Source: Azolla caroliniana (taxonomy: Eukaryota > Plantae > Polypodiophyta). From it: a stretch of DNA of 64,000 bases. This document shows positions 27,417 through 39,045 of this stretch, piece by piece. The position numbers and the translations under genes were made by a program. The first letter of the stretch is position 1, and the number at the start of each line of letters is the position of its first letter. Where the stretch lies: positions 558,001-622,000 of the forward strand of contig JBHGNT010000009.1 of NCBI GenBank assembly GCA_043228905.1, read 5' to 3'. The notes under the pieces are model-generated. The model searched no databases and had not been told where the DNA came from. It saw only the letters and a list, made by a program, of their open reading frames with translations.

Positions 27417-30019
27417 TCCGTAAGGGATTGAATACAACTTCTAGGATGGAGGCCCCAAAACAATGTATGCGACATATGGGACATGGGCATAGCCCATTGT
27501 ATCTATGACACTAATACTCATTCAAGTTTATAACAGAATTACAACATCTAAGACGACGAAGTGCAGGGGACACGAACCGAGGGTGTGTATGAAACCTTTG
27601 ATACAATTGTGTAAACAACCAAGCTAATATTGAGAGAGAGATATAATGATAATGATGAGGTTTATCCTATCATCCACAAGGGGGACAAACAAGACCCACA
27701 AGACATATCAATCCCCAAGTCATCCGAGTGTGGGGTTTTAAGAAGGGTAGACCCTAATTGAATATTGAGAATATAAAATGAAATCCATATTATAATTTTA
27801 AGATTTGGATATTCCATGAAATATTGTTCCATGATCGACTAGACAAGCAAAAAGACATGCCTAGTCTTGTCACCGATATTGTCATCCTCGATAGTTCTTG
27901 AAATCTTATGCGTCCTTTAAGGAATGTGTGGGAATCTTGCATGAGATGTGCAATTTCGTTTGAGAAATAGTTGGAAAAATATAAGTTATATTTTGTAGAA
28001 GCTAAGGCCATATGCAATAGGTGCATGCATATTGAAAATGACCTAGCAACTAAATGTGTATGGATACAAAAAGTTTCAATATGATATTTTGCCAGAACTA
28101 CAATTTTCTCATTTACCCTTAAGTCTCCTAACTGGTCTCTGGCTTTTGCAACATGTGCATCGAATTGTATGCTTTATAATAAAGGCATTGTTTGTAAGTG
28201 AAGGATCATGGAGTTAGATTATCCAATATAAACAATAACTAATATTGCATTTTCTATGAGTATGTGTTATAGTCATTTTAACACCTTATGGTATCCACAC
28301 CTTTGTAACATTCAACTTGGCGAATTTGTAACTTTAGGGACACGTGTAGTAAGGATATAACAATTGTTTCTTCTTGCAGTAATGTGATGCTATCAAGGAC
28401 GCAATATGAGATTCATCCTATAATGACCAAAGGTCAATGTTGTTTAGTAATCCATACTTCAAAATTAGAAATATATTGTTATCTAACCATCAACGTGTCT
28501 TTCTAGCTCATTTCACCAAAAGATAAACATGGCCCACAAAGACAATCCACTATGAATAAACTATCTGTATATTTGAACTTGAGGTTGACCAATTTGTTGA
28601 GAGGGAACCATTATCCGTCTAACTTCCACACACAAATTTGTCAAAAGGTCTTCCTATTTTCTACTAAATTAAGTTAATAATATTAAGTAATTATCGAGAG
28701 ACTTTGAGTTCATAGTTATGTTTCCTTTCAAACCTACTTCACCTTTTGATGCCAATGCTAGAATTTTATTGTGGAACTTAGTCAAACCCATAAGTTGCCA
28801 ACTCCCCTACAAAAAGTAAGTTTTTTCGTAAAATTAGGGTTTTCAACATCTAAGAACATGAGATATGCATCCATTTGTCAAAACATGAGAAGATTGGAAT
28901 TCCCAAGTGCTATCTTAATTCCCTATTTTTGTTGGAATGATAAAGAAATGCCATATGCACCAATCAAGATCAATCCCGAATTAGATCTCTGACCCATAAG
29001 CCCTCCAACTCATAAACAATATGCTTTTCATGGAGCCAACAAACTTCAAATAAGAAATGCCTTTCGATGGCTCAAATGGATGCTACCGCTATATGCATGA
29101 CAAGACTGAGTCCATTCAAAGGATAGAATGAATTGTGTTTGTCCATGTGAATGAGCCTTGATTAAATCATAAAGAATGATTCTAATCAAGACATGACATG
29201 TGTTATATCTTGATTTAGTTCCCTTAGAATTTGGACTCCATTTAGATTAGTTCCCAAGTTGTGATGATAAGCAAAAATGTCAAGGTTATTTACCTAGACG
29301 TCACATACCCCGGCATACTTCTTCAACTCATATGAGCAAACATTTGAAGCATAGCTCAACACATATCGTTTGTATTGGAGTCTTATCTTGATAGGATTAT
29401 GAAAGAAAGTATTAATTGTTTTAGATTCTACACCTACACATTATAACACCTAGTTAGGACAAAAAAACAAAAGGTGTGAATAAAAAAGGTTTGTTTGATA
29501 GGTTAATCCTCTCAAATCTCTTAATACGTGTGTAATCAAATGTTTAGTGTGAGGCAAAATGTTTCGATGGCCCAAATTGAGATGTAACCATTAATATGCT
29601 TCCAATAAATTCAAGTATTTCAGTGGGTAAATTGTTTTAATATATAAACATACGAGAATTAATCTTTGTAAATTAATTGAAAGAGTATCAAGGTAATGGA
29701 AACAAAGATATGATATATAAAGGAAGAAAGTAAGGCCATGTAAAGAGATGAAGGAAAACCCTATCTCATTTTGATAGGGTCATTCTTTTATACATTCAAA
29801 AAAGGTTTTAATCAATATATAAAGAACCTTTTCATACCTTCATATGAAAAGTTATTTATTGGTATTTATGGATATTAAAATATTGAATATAAACAAATAT
29901 TTTGCATAGTATTTTCTTTTTCTTAAGAAGGCTGGGATCAAATTTGTTGCAACAATTCCCCTCCTTATGTAAACATTCTACTGTAGCTTTAGAATGCAAG
30001 CTCTTCTATTGTAGTTTTT

Positions 30020-30200
30020 CTCCACATTCCTTCTTTGGCAAATAATAAGTTGCCACATATTCCCTTCAAGTTGAGGGAGCCATTGATGTTTGTTGTTTTC
30101 TTGTCCACGCAATTGCACCACAAGGAAATATGAACACCATGTCAAATGTTGAATGTGAGGTTATCTTCTCTCCCCCATGAGTCAAAATCCATCCAACTAC
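30020..30200 (-). mobile_element. Ty1/copia RNase H relic
   Basis: GAIAWTRKQQTSMAPST*REYVA resembles the copia motif GAISWxSKKQxxVALSTxEAEY. Confidence 0.65.
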
Positions 30201-30499
30201 GTAGAGAACTTTGAAACCGTCCATCGAGTATGGACGAATTCTTTGATTGAAAACTTCTACATGTGAGGCAAATATCATCATATGTGTTAGAGATAGCTAA
30301 GAACATAGTATGAACCATACGTACCATACATGCAAAAGGAGAAACGATGGGAGTTACATTCCATTTCATGCGACCATTTGGTGACTCCCAAATGGTTAAG
30401 TGGTGTAGTAATATTGGATTTGGAAATGCATTTGATGACTCGTAGATTTGCATTATTACGATATATGTATTATGCAATATGATGCAACACGATCAACTG

Positions 30500-31265
30500 T
30501 TCTATGATTCAATATTTATTGAGCATGAAGGATTAGTGGGAAAACAAAGATTCAAGTGTCATGGTGGCCATTACTCAATGGATGTATTCCTCTAAAGATT
30601 CAACATTCTGTATGCAAGCAACAATTGGTGAGGTCTTGGCACAATGCATTATCTTTTGTTGAATGGGCACCATCAAGTGATCGAGACTTTTGTAATTCAT
30701 TACAAAATGAATTGCTTGTTTCTTCTTGAGTGTTATATTGGTAGGGAAAAGAGAAGTTGGGATTTTAATTCAATTGTTTATTTTTTAATTGGGGTTTCTA
30801 CATTTGGTAGATGTCGTTGATAATGAATCTCCAAGGTTGTCAGAATTTAAAGATGCCAAACGATGGTTATTTATTCCCCCAAATTATGGATTTATTTGGG
30901 AGAAATTAAAAGATATACCGTTGTTGCATAGATCTTTACCATTGAAAACAAATGTTGCACCTTGAGTGGATTGGCGGTTACAGGACACTACATGCTTGTT
31001 ATACGTCACTACAAATATATTGTATCATCATGCAATGGCATCATTATCTTGGCTATCTCCTAAAGTAGAAAAGGTGTGGAATGCAAGGTGGTGGCAAATA
31101 TTACAATGTGGTTGACATTCTCATTAATTTTGCCATTTCGTGCAAATGTATTCATATGGAGAGTCATGATTGGTGGTCTCCCATTAGGTTCAACCTTAAA
31201 GAGACGAGGACTAGGTCTTGCACGTGCTTCCTTTGCACCATTCCGTTGGATGACACTACACATAG
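30500..31265 (+). mobile_element. Degenerate LINE ORF2 C-terminal (zf-RVT) fragment
   Basis: MWLTFSLILPFRANVFIWRVMIGGLPLGSTLKRRG followed by CFLCTIPLDDTTH in a shifted frame, a zf-RVT pattern. Confidence 0.6.
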
Positions 31266-31846
31266 GTGTGATGAAGACGTACATTTTGGCCTTACAAGGA
31301 TTCGAATCTATGACGTCTTGGTCTATATGTTAGACCTTTAACCATTAGCATAAGATACATGATGCATAATTATAATAATTATGTTATACTTAATACAAGA
31401 TATTTAGGGTGTTCTAGAACATTCTAGAATATTCCATGATTTTATTAAATATCTTGCATGTATCATTAAATGACTTATTGCGTGTATCATTAAATGACTT
31501 ATTGCTTGTATCATTTGGAAGTACTTATCAAACATTTGGCAAGTTTGAACCCATTGTTATTTGAGGCTAAATGACGTGTTGGAGATAGTGTTCCAATTTT
31601 TACAACATTGGGGATTGCAACACAATTGCAATATGCGTAATTCTTTCATGTTTGATTGTAAACATGGGGTGAAAGCCTAGATGAAGAAGTTTAAAGGTAT
31701 TCTTATGTGGAAATTCTAGATGTTAGAGCATGTGGGGATCATTTCCTCAAGTTCATATTCAAGTTTTCTAATGACTTTACATGACATCCCTCTACCTAGA
31801 AGTGTTGTAACAAGTGGATTTTAGGTACAATTAATATAATTGTGTG

Positions 31847-31849
<3 letters not shown>

Positions 31850-31903
<54 letters not shown>

Positions 31904-31936
31904 TTTATCAAAAGAGAGAGAGACACATAGAGAGAG
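31850..31936. repeat. (CA)n plus (GA)n microsatellite
   Basis: Read directly. Confidence 0.95.
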
Positions 31937-31942
31937 CCCAGA

Positions 31943-32012
31943 TGGATGTAGCTCAGTTGGTAAGGTTGCCTAATGGAGACTAAGTGGTCGTGGGTTCAAC
32001 CCTTACATTCCA
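31943..32012 (+). mobile_element. tRNA-derived SINE head or tRNA pseudogene
   Basis: A box TAGCTCAGTTGG and B box GGTTCAACCC. Acceptor-like pairing TGGATGT/ACATTCCA. No canonical anticodon stem. Confidence 0.65.
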
Positions 32013-32061
32013 GAGCGCCATCTAGTGAATTAAGAGATATGTATGGAGTATAAAATAAAGA

Positions 32062-32134
32062 GGTGAGAAAATTTGGGTTTCGAACCCAAGACCTAGTGGC
32101 TTATAGTGTAACAACTTACCAACATTGTAAGCTA
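32062..32134 (-). mobile_element. Second tRNA-like (SINE) head on the opposite strand
   Basis: The minus strand reads TAGCTTACAATGTTGGTAAG...GGTCTTGGGTTCGAAACCCAA, a degenerate A box and a good B box. Confidence 0.5.
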
Positions 32135-33152
32135 ATTATGATAGAGAGAGCAAGCCAAAATGACCTATGAGGCCAAGCAATAGATAACACCTTTAGGATT
32201 AGGAAATATTGATCATGCTAGACCATCTCACATCTCGATGAGACCCTTCATCTTGATTATAAGTTTGTGCTTGAGGAATCTCGACTCAATACTCAGTTGC
32301 TTCCCAATGATGGCTCTTATTTGCTTGTGGTAGTGTCTCATTCTTTTCCTATGTGAACTTCAGTGATCCCTAACCTTGAGTTCATTCAACTCTCCCAAAT
32401 GTTTTTAGGTGTGCTTATTTACCTATGTATACCCTTTTTTAGTGTAAAAGAGTTTACTAGAGTTGTAGGGCAAGAGGTTCTTACGGATGGGTGTGGGATT
32501 GCCCTACCTTTCAATATTGTCGATATGTGCCTCAAAAACTCCATTTGAATGTATAATTACTTTATAAAGTGTACTTTTTTGGACATAGGGGTAGTTTACT
32601 AAATTTGGAACTTCCAAGGGCATTCTGGTAAATAGACAAACTTCCAAGGGTATCTTGGTACTTTTCCCTATAATATATTGTTCCAATGTTGTGAATCATG
32701 ATTGCAATCAATAGGGAAACATCAGGGGGCTAGGGGATATTTATAACACAATACAAATTTCAAGGATTTGGAAAAGGTTTGGTTGTTTTTAGAGTTTTGA
32801 AATTTGCCCATATTCTTATTAAATTAAGAAACTACAATTAATAATCACCAAAATAAGATAAATATGATGACAAATTGAAATGTCTGCACCATTTTCTACC
32901 CTCTCGTGGTTTCATTCACCCAACCATTTATATTTTGTAAGTTTAATGGACTCATTATTTCTTTAAACCTTTTATGCTACATGTAGGCCATGTTTGAGAT
33001 AAGATGTATATCCATGTATCGGAAGTGGATGATGAAACTATAAGGGTAGAGCTAGAGAAAGTGGGTAAGGTAATGTATTGTTCTCATTCCATATGAGTGG
33101 TTGGGGAAGCCAATCTTCTGTTAGTGTTTAGCCTTAAGAGTCTCAAACTTAT

Positions 33153-34801
33153 TTTTTTTTTTTCCAAAAAAACCACTACTTCGCATTAGTTAGCAAATAG
33201 AATACAACAAAGTTTATCCAAATCCACAATGGGATCAACATATACAACTTGGAGAAACAACTCCAAAACTATCAACCAAAAATAGCAACAAAAAAACTCA
33301 ACCGATCCTTAACTCAAGCAAAATTGAATTAAACCCTATTTTACCTCGACTCTACAACTCCCTGACGCACGTTTGTGTCAGCTATACATACATAATTACA
33401 ACCCATGTACAATATTGGGAGCCATTGGTGGAAACAACCACCTAGGTGCTTGGTAATTCCACTTAGGCCTGGATGAAGATTTGACTAGCATGGGAGAGCT
33501 ACTCCATTTCAGCAAGAACTTTGACCTTGCCCTTTCTGCTTCTTCTGAATCCCCTTGAATCGAATCATACTGACTGCGCAACCAAGCCACAAGATCAAAC
33601 CAGATATTTAACATCATCTCCCCGCATGAGATCTTTTGCTGCTGAAAAACAACCTTACAACGCCTGATCCAGATGTGCCAGGCCGTCAAACAGGCCACCA
33701 TAAGCCAAATCTCCTAAAAAATTTCAGAATTTGTGCTTGGTCTCACCCCATCACATTGGAACACGCCACCGCCCTGCACTATAAATCCATGTCCTTGTGG
33801 GTTTAACCGTTCACCCTAGCTTTCCCCTTTTAAGGACAACCCTTGTATTGAGCCCCACACAACGTTCCCTTTCACACCAAAGACTGCCATGATTCGAAGG
33901 CTTCTACTCCAAATGCTAATCGCCTCTGTACAATTCCAAAAACAGTGAGAGATTGATTCCACAGCCTGTCCACATAACTTACAGCTAGCCTCACCACCAC
34001 GGGAGCTCAACCACTCGCCTACAGGTACCGCCTTGTGGCTAAGAAGCCACCACCAAGCCTTAATTTTTTCTGGCATATCCAATGCCCATAGTCTCCTCCA
34101 AAACGACTTCAAATCGTCGTCTGAAATGCCTTTATCCTTCCAGTTGTTGTGAATCATTCCAACATCCACGGTTTTGGAGCCAATGATACGTCTTCCTAGC
34201 TTGGTATTGTATTCAAAAAACTTTTTCAAGTTTTTTGTTCCTGGTGTCTGCCACCAAACCTCCAATGGGTCCCACTCCAAATCATATAGGGGCTTATTAT
34301 CGTAAAGCCATATTTTACACTCATGATCCAGTGTCTTAGGGTCTGGGTTCAATTGCCACCACTTACCCTCCAACACTGCCACCCGCACTGCCATCCACCT
34401 ACCATCAACTGTCAAAGAACTTCGGTTACCCCACAAACGATCCTCGCTAGTTGAGCACCTACCACAAATAAGTTGTGCGTCACCCTCACCTACAAACCAG
34501 CCCGACCAAACTGTCTCTTCCACAGGTAACTTATCCAATCCATCAACAACCCCATCTATCAATTGGGTTACCTTCGCTAGTCTTCCAGTAATCCTACAAT
34601 TAACAGTCTGACCCGTCCGCCTCTTCATGCTGAAAACCTCCCAATCGTGTATCAAACGAATCTTGTACCCTAGAATCTTTCCCCAAGGCAAGTACTTTTG
34701 TTGTCCAAGCATCTTACCATCTTCACTTCTAATCCTAGGGTTCCAAAACAACGGTTGTTGCAGCTGTTCATCCAGTGTTTTCGGTTGCATTAAGACTAAC
34801 C
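33153..34801 (-). mobile_element. 5'-truncated L1-like LINE, relatively young, with poly(A) tail and 13-bp TSD
   Basis: GTCTCAAACTTAT at 33140-33152 and 34802-34814. Poly(T) follows the left copy on +, giving poly(A) on -. The ORF2 C-terminus carries zf-RVT (FWRRLW..PEKIKAWWW..CKLCGQAVESISHCFWNC) and is broken by two in-frame TAG stops. Confidence 0.92.
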
Positions 34802-37335
34802 GTCTCAAACTTATATTAAGCAATGAACTTTGAATGAGTCGAACAACAAAGTAGGCCAAGGCAAATTGTGGTCTAATGGAGGCTAAAAAATATTTGTATG
34901 AAAGTCATCTCTCATAGTATAACTTTAACTATCGTGACCAATGCCCCTAATTCTTGGAGGAAGAGCTAATGTTGGTATCTTTGCCCCTATGACATATGAT
35001 AATAGGTAGAGAAAGAGAGTAAAGATGTACAGTAATTGTTTCTTCCATCAATTACTGAATGTGAGTCTCAAGTATTGTCAATATTGGAAATACTATTCAA
35101 GGGGTCATTAAGTAGGATATGAAGAACCATTGCAATGGTTTCCTTAAGAATTGTAAACTCTAGAACACGTGTTTATCGGTCAAACTAAAGTTTGATCATA
35201 CACTACTAAATTTCAAGGAACCCAAATAGAGGCTATTAGTCACTCTCATACTTTGAAAAACATTTGTAACCATTGGTTTGTTGAAGTTACTTTGTTCTTT
35301 CTAACGGGTTTTGGGTTTTAAAGCATCAACCTGCAAGGTTTATTCCCTTTTCAAATGAAAAGTGGAATCTTTTGGGGGGAAACAAGCATTTTAGAAAATT
35401 TATAATGTGACTATCTGAAATTTATGATATTTCCTTGTATTTCCATTAATGGAAATGGAATCTATTGGTTAACATCCCTTTTCCTAATCGTTGGGCTAAT
35501 ATGAAGGTTGCATGACATTTGTATTTGACTTCGCAATGCTATTATTGGGGTCTCAATTCATCAATCTTCTAATGAAGTGTTCATGAAATAGTGTCATGAT
35601 TGAATTTGTATGGAAACCTTTCTATGTTATATATACAGACTCGTTAAATTCGGATTCCCAATATATCCGCCAACTTTTTTATGAGCTAGTTACAAATCAA
35701 CATGTATTTCTTGGGAAAGAAGCTTTGGAATATACCATTTGTTTTTCTAGTATTTTGCAAAATGGTCATGGGCTTGCATTGCTTCCCCTAACAATCTTGA
35801 TCAACCTTTGAAAGAGCAGTTATGTACTTAGTCAAATCATCCACTTCTACATGAATCATACTTGTTAAATGAGCAATCATCTAGTCATTTCATCCAATTT
35901 CCCTTATTGCATATGTGGTAATTGAGCACTTAGATATGTTAAATTCATCCCCTTTTTGGAGGATGACCACAAGTCATTTGGATAAGTAATGAAAATTCAT
36001 AGGCATATGTGTAGAAATAAAGAAAAACTTGTGGATATTTTAATGTCTTTCCCATAAATTTTCTGACATAGTCATTTACTATTACTACACGTGCGATATA
36101 TGTAATATAATCTAAATTCATTTGTTACAATGCATGAAAAATGAACTTACACCCCATACAACAAACCTTTTTCCAACCTTTACGACAAAGGCATATTTTT
36201 TGGGACAAAACCCACGAAAGAAAGAACGTGATAAGATCTATCCAGCCTACGAGGTATCTCGACCAACGTGGTTAGATTGCTTCAAGTATCACAGTGGAAT
36301 GCAAGAAAGTAAATATTTCACAAAACAAAAATACCAACATGAATGTCGGTGCAGTTGCAAATGTCGATAAAGAAGACATGTAATGTATGTACAACTAGAC
36401 TCCCTAAAACATCCACGTGTTGGCCTTCAAATGGGATGCCCTCACAAGGTCTAGTATAGACTTGGTGTATAGAATTAATTTCCAACATACAGATCTGGCA
36501 TAAACATTGCTATACTCATGCATAGGTACGAGTGTAACGCAATGTCCAACATTTATGAAGACAACATAAGTTTCAAAGAGGCATATGTAGCATGCAAAGT
36601 GAAAAAGGATGGGATAAAAAGGGTACAAATGCAACATGTGCAAGTTAGCAAGACCCCGTACTTTATTGCATCTTTAATAATGTAAAGCATCTGGTTGTTT
36701 ACGAGATAACATTGAATTCAGAAACGATTGGTAAAGTATAGAAGTTGCCACAGAAGTAAACGTTTCGAGCACACCGAGGCAAACGTACACAGGGAGCTAT
36801 AGTGAAGGCAAAGGTAAAAGTGCTTGTGTGTGCGTGCTATATATACCAAGGTAAAAAGTCGAAGAAAAGCGGTCGAAGCCAGAGTGTGGGGGTGGGATGG
36901 GGTACGAAGAGCGAAGCTTTGGATGGAGAGGTGGGGAAAGCAAGGTGGGGCAGCCATAACAACACTAGTAGTACTGACATGAGCATGAATGATGACACAA
37001 CGAATGGGGGGGGTAATGTGCATGCATGCAGAAGGTTTGACTATGTATGTTACATTGCTATGCTATAGCCTATGTATGTATGTATGTTATGTATGAATGG
37101 CATATGCTATGCATGACATACATGTGCTTGTGACCAGCTTTAAATAATGTAATTTGTTTATATGTACATATACATATTATTGCCTATTAATATATATAAT
37201 ATATGTGTGTGTATACGTATACATACATACATACATTATTACATACATATATGTATGTATATAAACCCATCGCCTCCTTCCTTTTTTCCCTTACACTGTC
37301 TCCTGCCTGCATTTGTTCTGAATACTTCTGACATC

Positions 37336-37340
<5 letters not shown>

Positions 37341-37396
<56 letters not shown>
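37341..37396. repeat. (GA)n microsatellite in the dirigent gene 5' region
   Basis: Read directly. Confidence 0.95.
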
Positions 37397-37399
<3 letters not shown>

Positions 37400-37417
37400 T
37401 AGTAGGCATAGCCCATC

Positions 37418-38008
37418 ATGGCCATGGCCATGGCCTCCTCCTCCTCCTCCTCCTCCTCAGTAGTCCTGCTGCTCACTCTCATGCTCTTAGGGCTAGGGTT
37501 GGCCTCTACCTCCTACACCCTGCAGGCCTGGGCCAAGAAGACGGTGGTCCTAACGTACTACACGCAGCAGCAGTTCGGGGTGAATGAATTCGGCATGGTG
37601 GCGGCGGCGGTGGCCCCAGTGAACGGCACCCGGCAGGGAGTGGGGCTGGAGGTGGTGTACGACTACACCATCACCGCCGGCGGCAGCCCAACGTCGGCGG
37701 CCATCGGGTTCGTCCGCGGGACATCGGTCGTGGTGTCCAACACCGCCAATGCCACCATCTTCTTCGTGAAGACGGTGGTGGACATCGCGGACCCCGTGTC
37801 GGGCCTCTCGGGCACCTTCTCCACGCAAGGCGAGGCCAACTTCGGGAGCGGGCAGCCCTTCGAGCTGGCCGTGGTCGGCGGCACCGGAAACTTCCGCGGT
37901 GTCATCGGCTACGCCATCGCCAGTAGCTTCAACTTCACGCCTCCCACCGCCACCTCCACCGCCAAAATCACCAACCTCTACAAAGCCTACCTCACCTTCC
38001 TCCTCTAA
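37418..38008 (+). CDS. Secreted dirigent-domain protein (divergent), single exon, 196 aa
   Basis: Signal peptide, ELAVVGGTGNFRGVIGYA (dirigent VVGGTGxF motif), VVYDYTIT..GSPTS..IGFVRG, N-glycosylation sequons NGT, NAT and NFT, and strong GC3 codon bias. Confidence 0.88.
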   Translation: MAMAMASSSSSSSSVVLLLTLMLLGLGLASTSYTLQAWAKKTVVLTYYTQQQFGVNEFGMVAAAVAPVNGTRQGVGLEVVYDYTITAGGSPTSAAIGFVRGTSVVVSNTANATIFFVKTVVDIADPVSGLSGTFSTQGEANFGSGQPFELAVVGGTGNFRGVIGYAIASSFNFTPPTATSTAKITNLYKAYLTFLL

Positions 38009-38244
38009 ATTTAGATTCTATAATATATAAATACCTACCCTACCTACATAGTTTCTTAAATTAAATTTCTCTTCCTTTAACCTTTCTACATTTCTACATT
38101 ATGATTACACACATTCTGTGTCCCTGCCTCCTGCTTCTTCTTTCTTATGCATACATTTATATGTTCAATGGAACTCTTTTTTTTACCAAAAAAAATGTTC
38201 AATGGAATTCTGCGTCTTTCACTAGTTTGCCTCTATAATGTGTA

Positions 38245-38285
<41 letters not shown>

Positions 38286-38503
38286 AAACTCTTTGCTTTT
38301 GAGATGAAGGTGTGTTGCCAATAACAAGCATGTTGGTACTATGGCTCGGCTCGGCTCGGCTCATCGCGCACATTATACGGTTCTCATAATTACTCATTTA
38401 CTTAGTAGCACCTTCTCTTAAGCAATGCATGGACTAGTCACTAGACCCATACAGTGATGGACGGACGCCCACCCAGACAAAGAAACCAATCATTTCTTCT
38501 ATG

Positions 38504-39045
38504 CACTACACAATGTACTTATTTATCAAAATGTTGGGATCGCCAACTTAATTAATAATCACATTATGGACACTACACAATGTATCAAAACGTTCCGATC
38601 GCCAACTTAATTAATAATCTCATTATGGACACTACACAATGTATCAAAACGATCGGATCGCCAACTTAATTAATAATCTCATTATGGACACTACACAATG
38701 TATCAAAACGATCGGATCGCCAACTTAATTAATAATCTCATTATGGACACTACACAATGTATCAAAACGATTGGATCGCCAACTTAATTAATAATCTCAT
38801 TATGGACACTACACAATGTATCAAAACGTTCCGATCGCCAACTTAATTAATAATCACATTATGGACACTACACAATGTATCAAAACGTTCGGATCGCCAA
38901 CTTAATTAATAATCTCATTATGGACACTACACAATGTATCAAAACGTTCGGATCGCCAACTTAATTAATAATCTCATTATGGACACTACACAATGTATCA
39001 AAATGTTCGGATCGCCAACTTAATTAATAATCTCATTATGGACAC
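38504..39045. repeat. 59-bp minisatellite, about 9 copies
   Basis: Unit GGACACTACACAATGTATCAAAACGTTCGGATCGCCAACTTAATTAATAATCTCATTAT. Eight exact-period copies start at 38568 + 59n, and a diverged first copy starts at 38504. Confidence 0.98.

Noticed and set aside
31943-32012. Functional tRNA gene
   Set aside because: There is no proper anticodon stem-loop and the acceptor and T stems are imperfect. Treated as a SINE or pseudogene.
37550-37905. Antisense ORFs over the dirigent gene, and 43032-43601 over the carrier exon
   Set aside because: Shadow ORFs caused by codon bias on the sense strand.
38504-39045. CRISPR array
   Set aside because: The units are contiguous with no unique spacers, there are no cas genes, and the context is eukaryotic.
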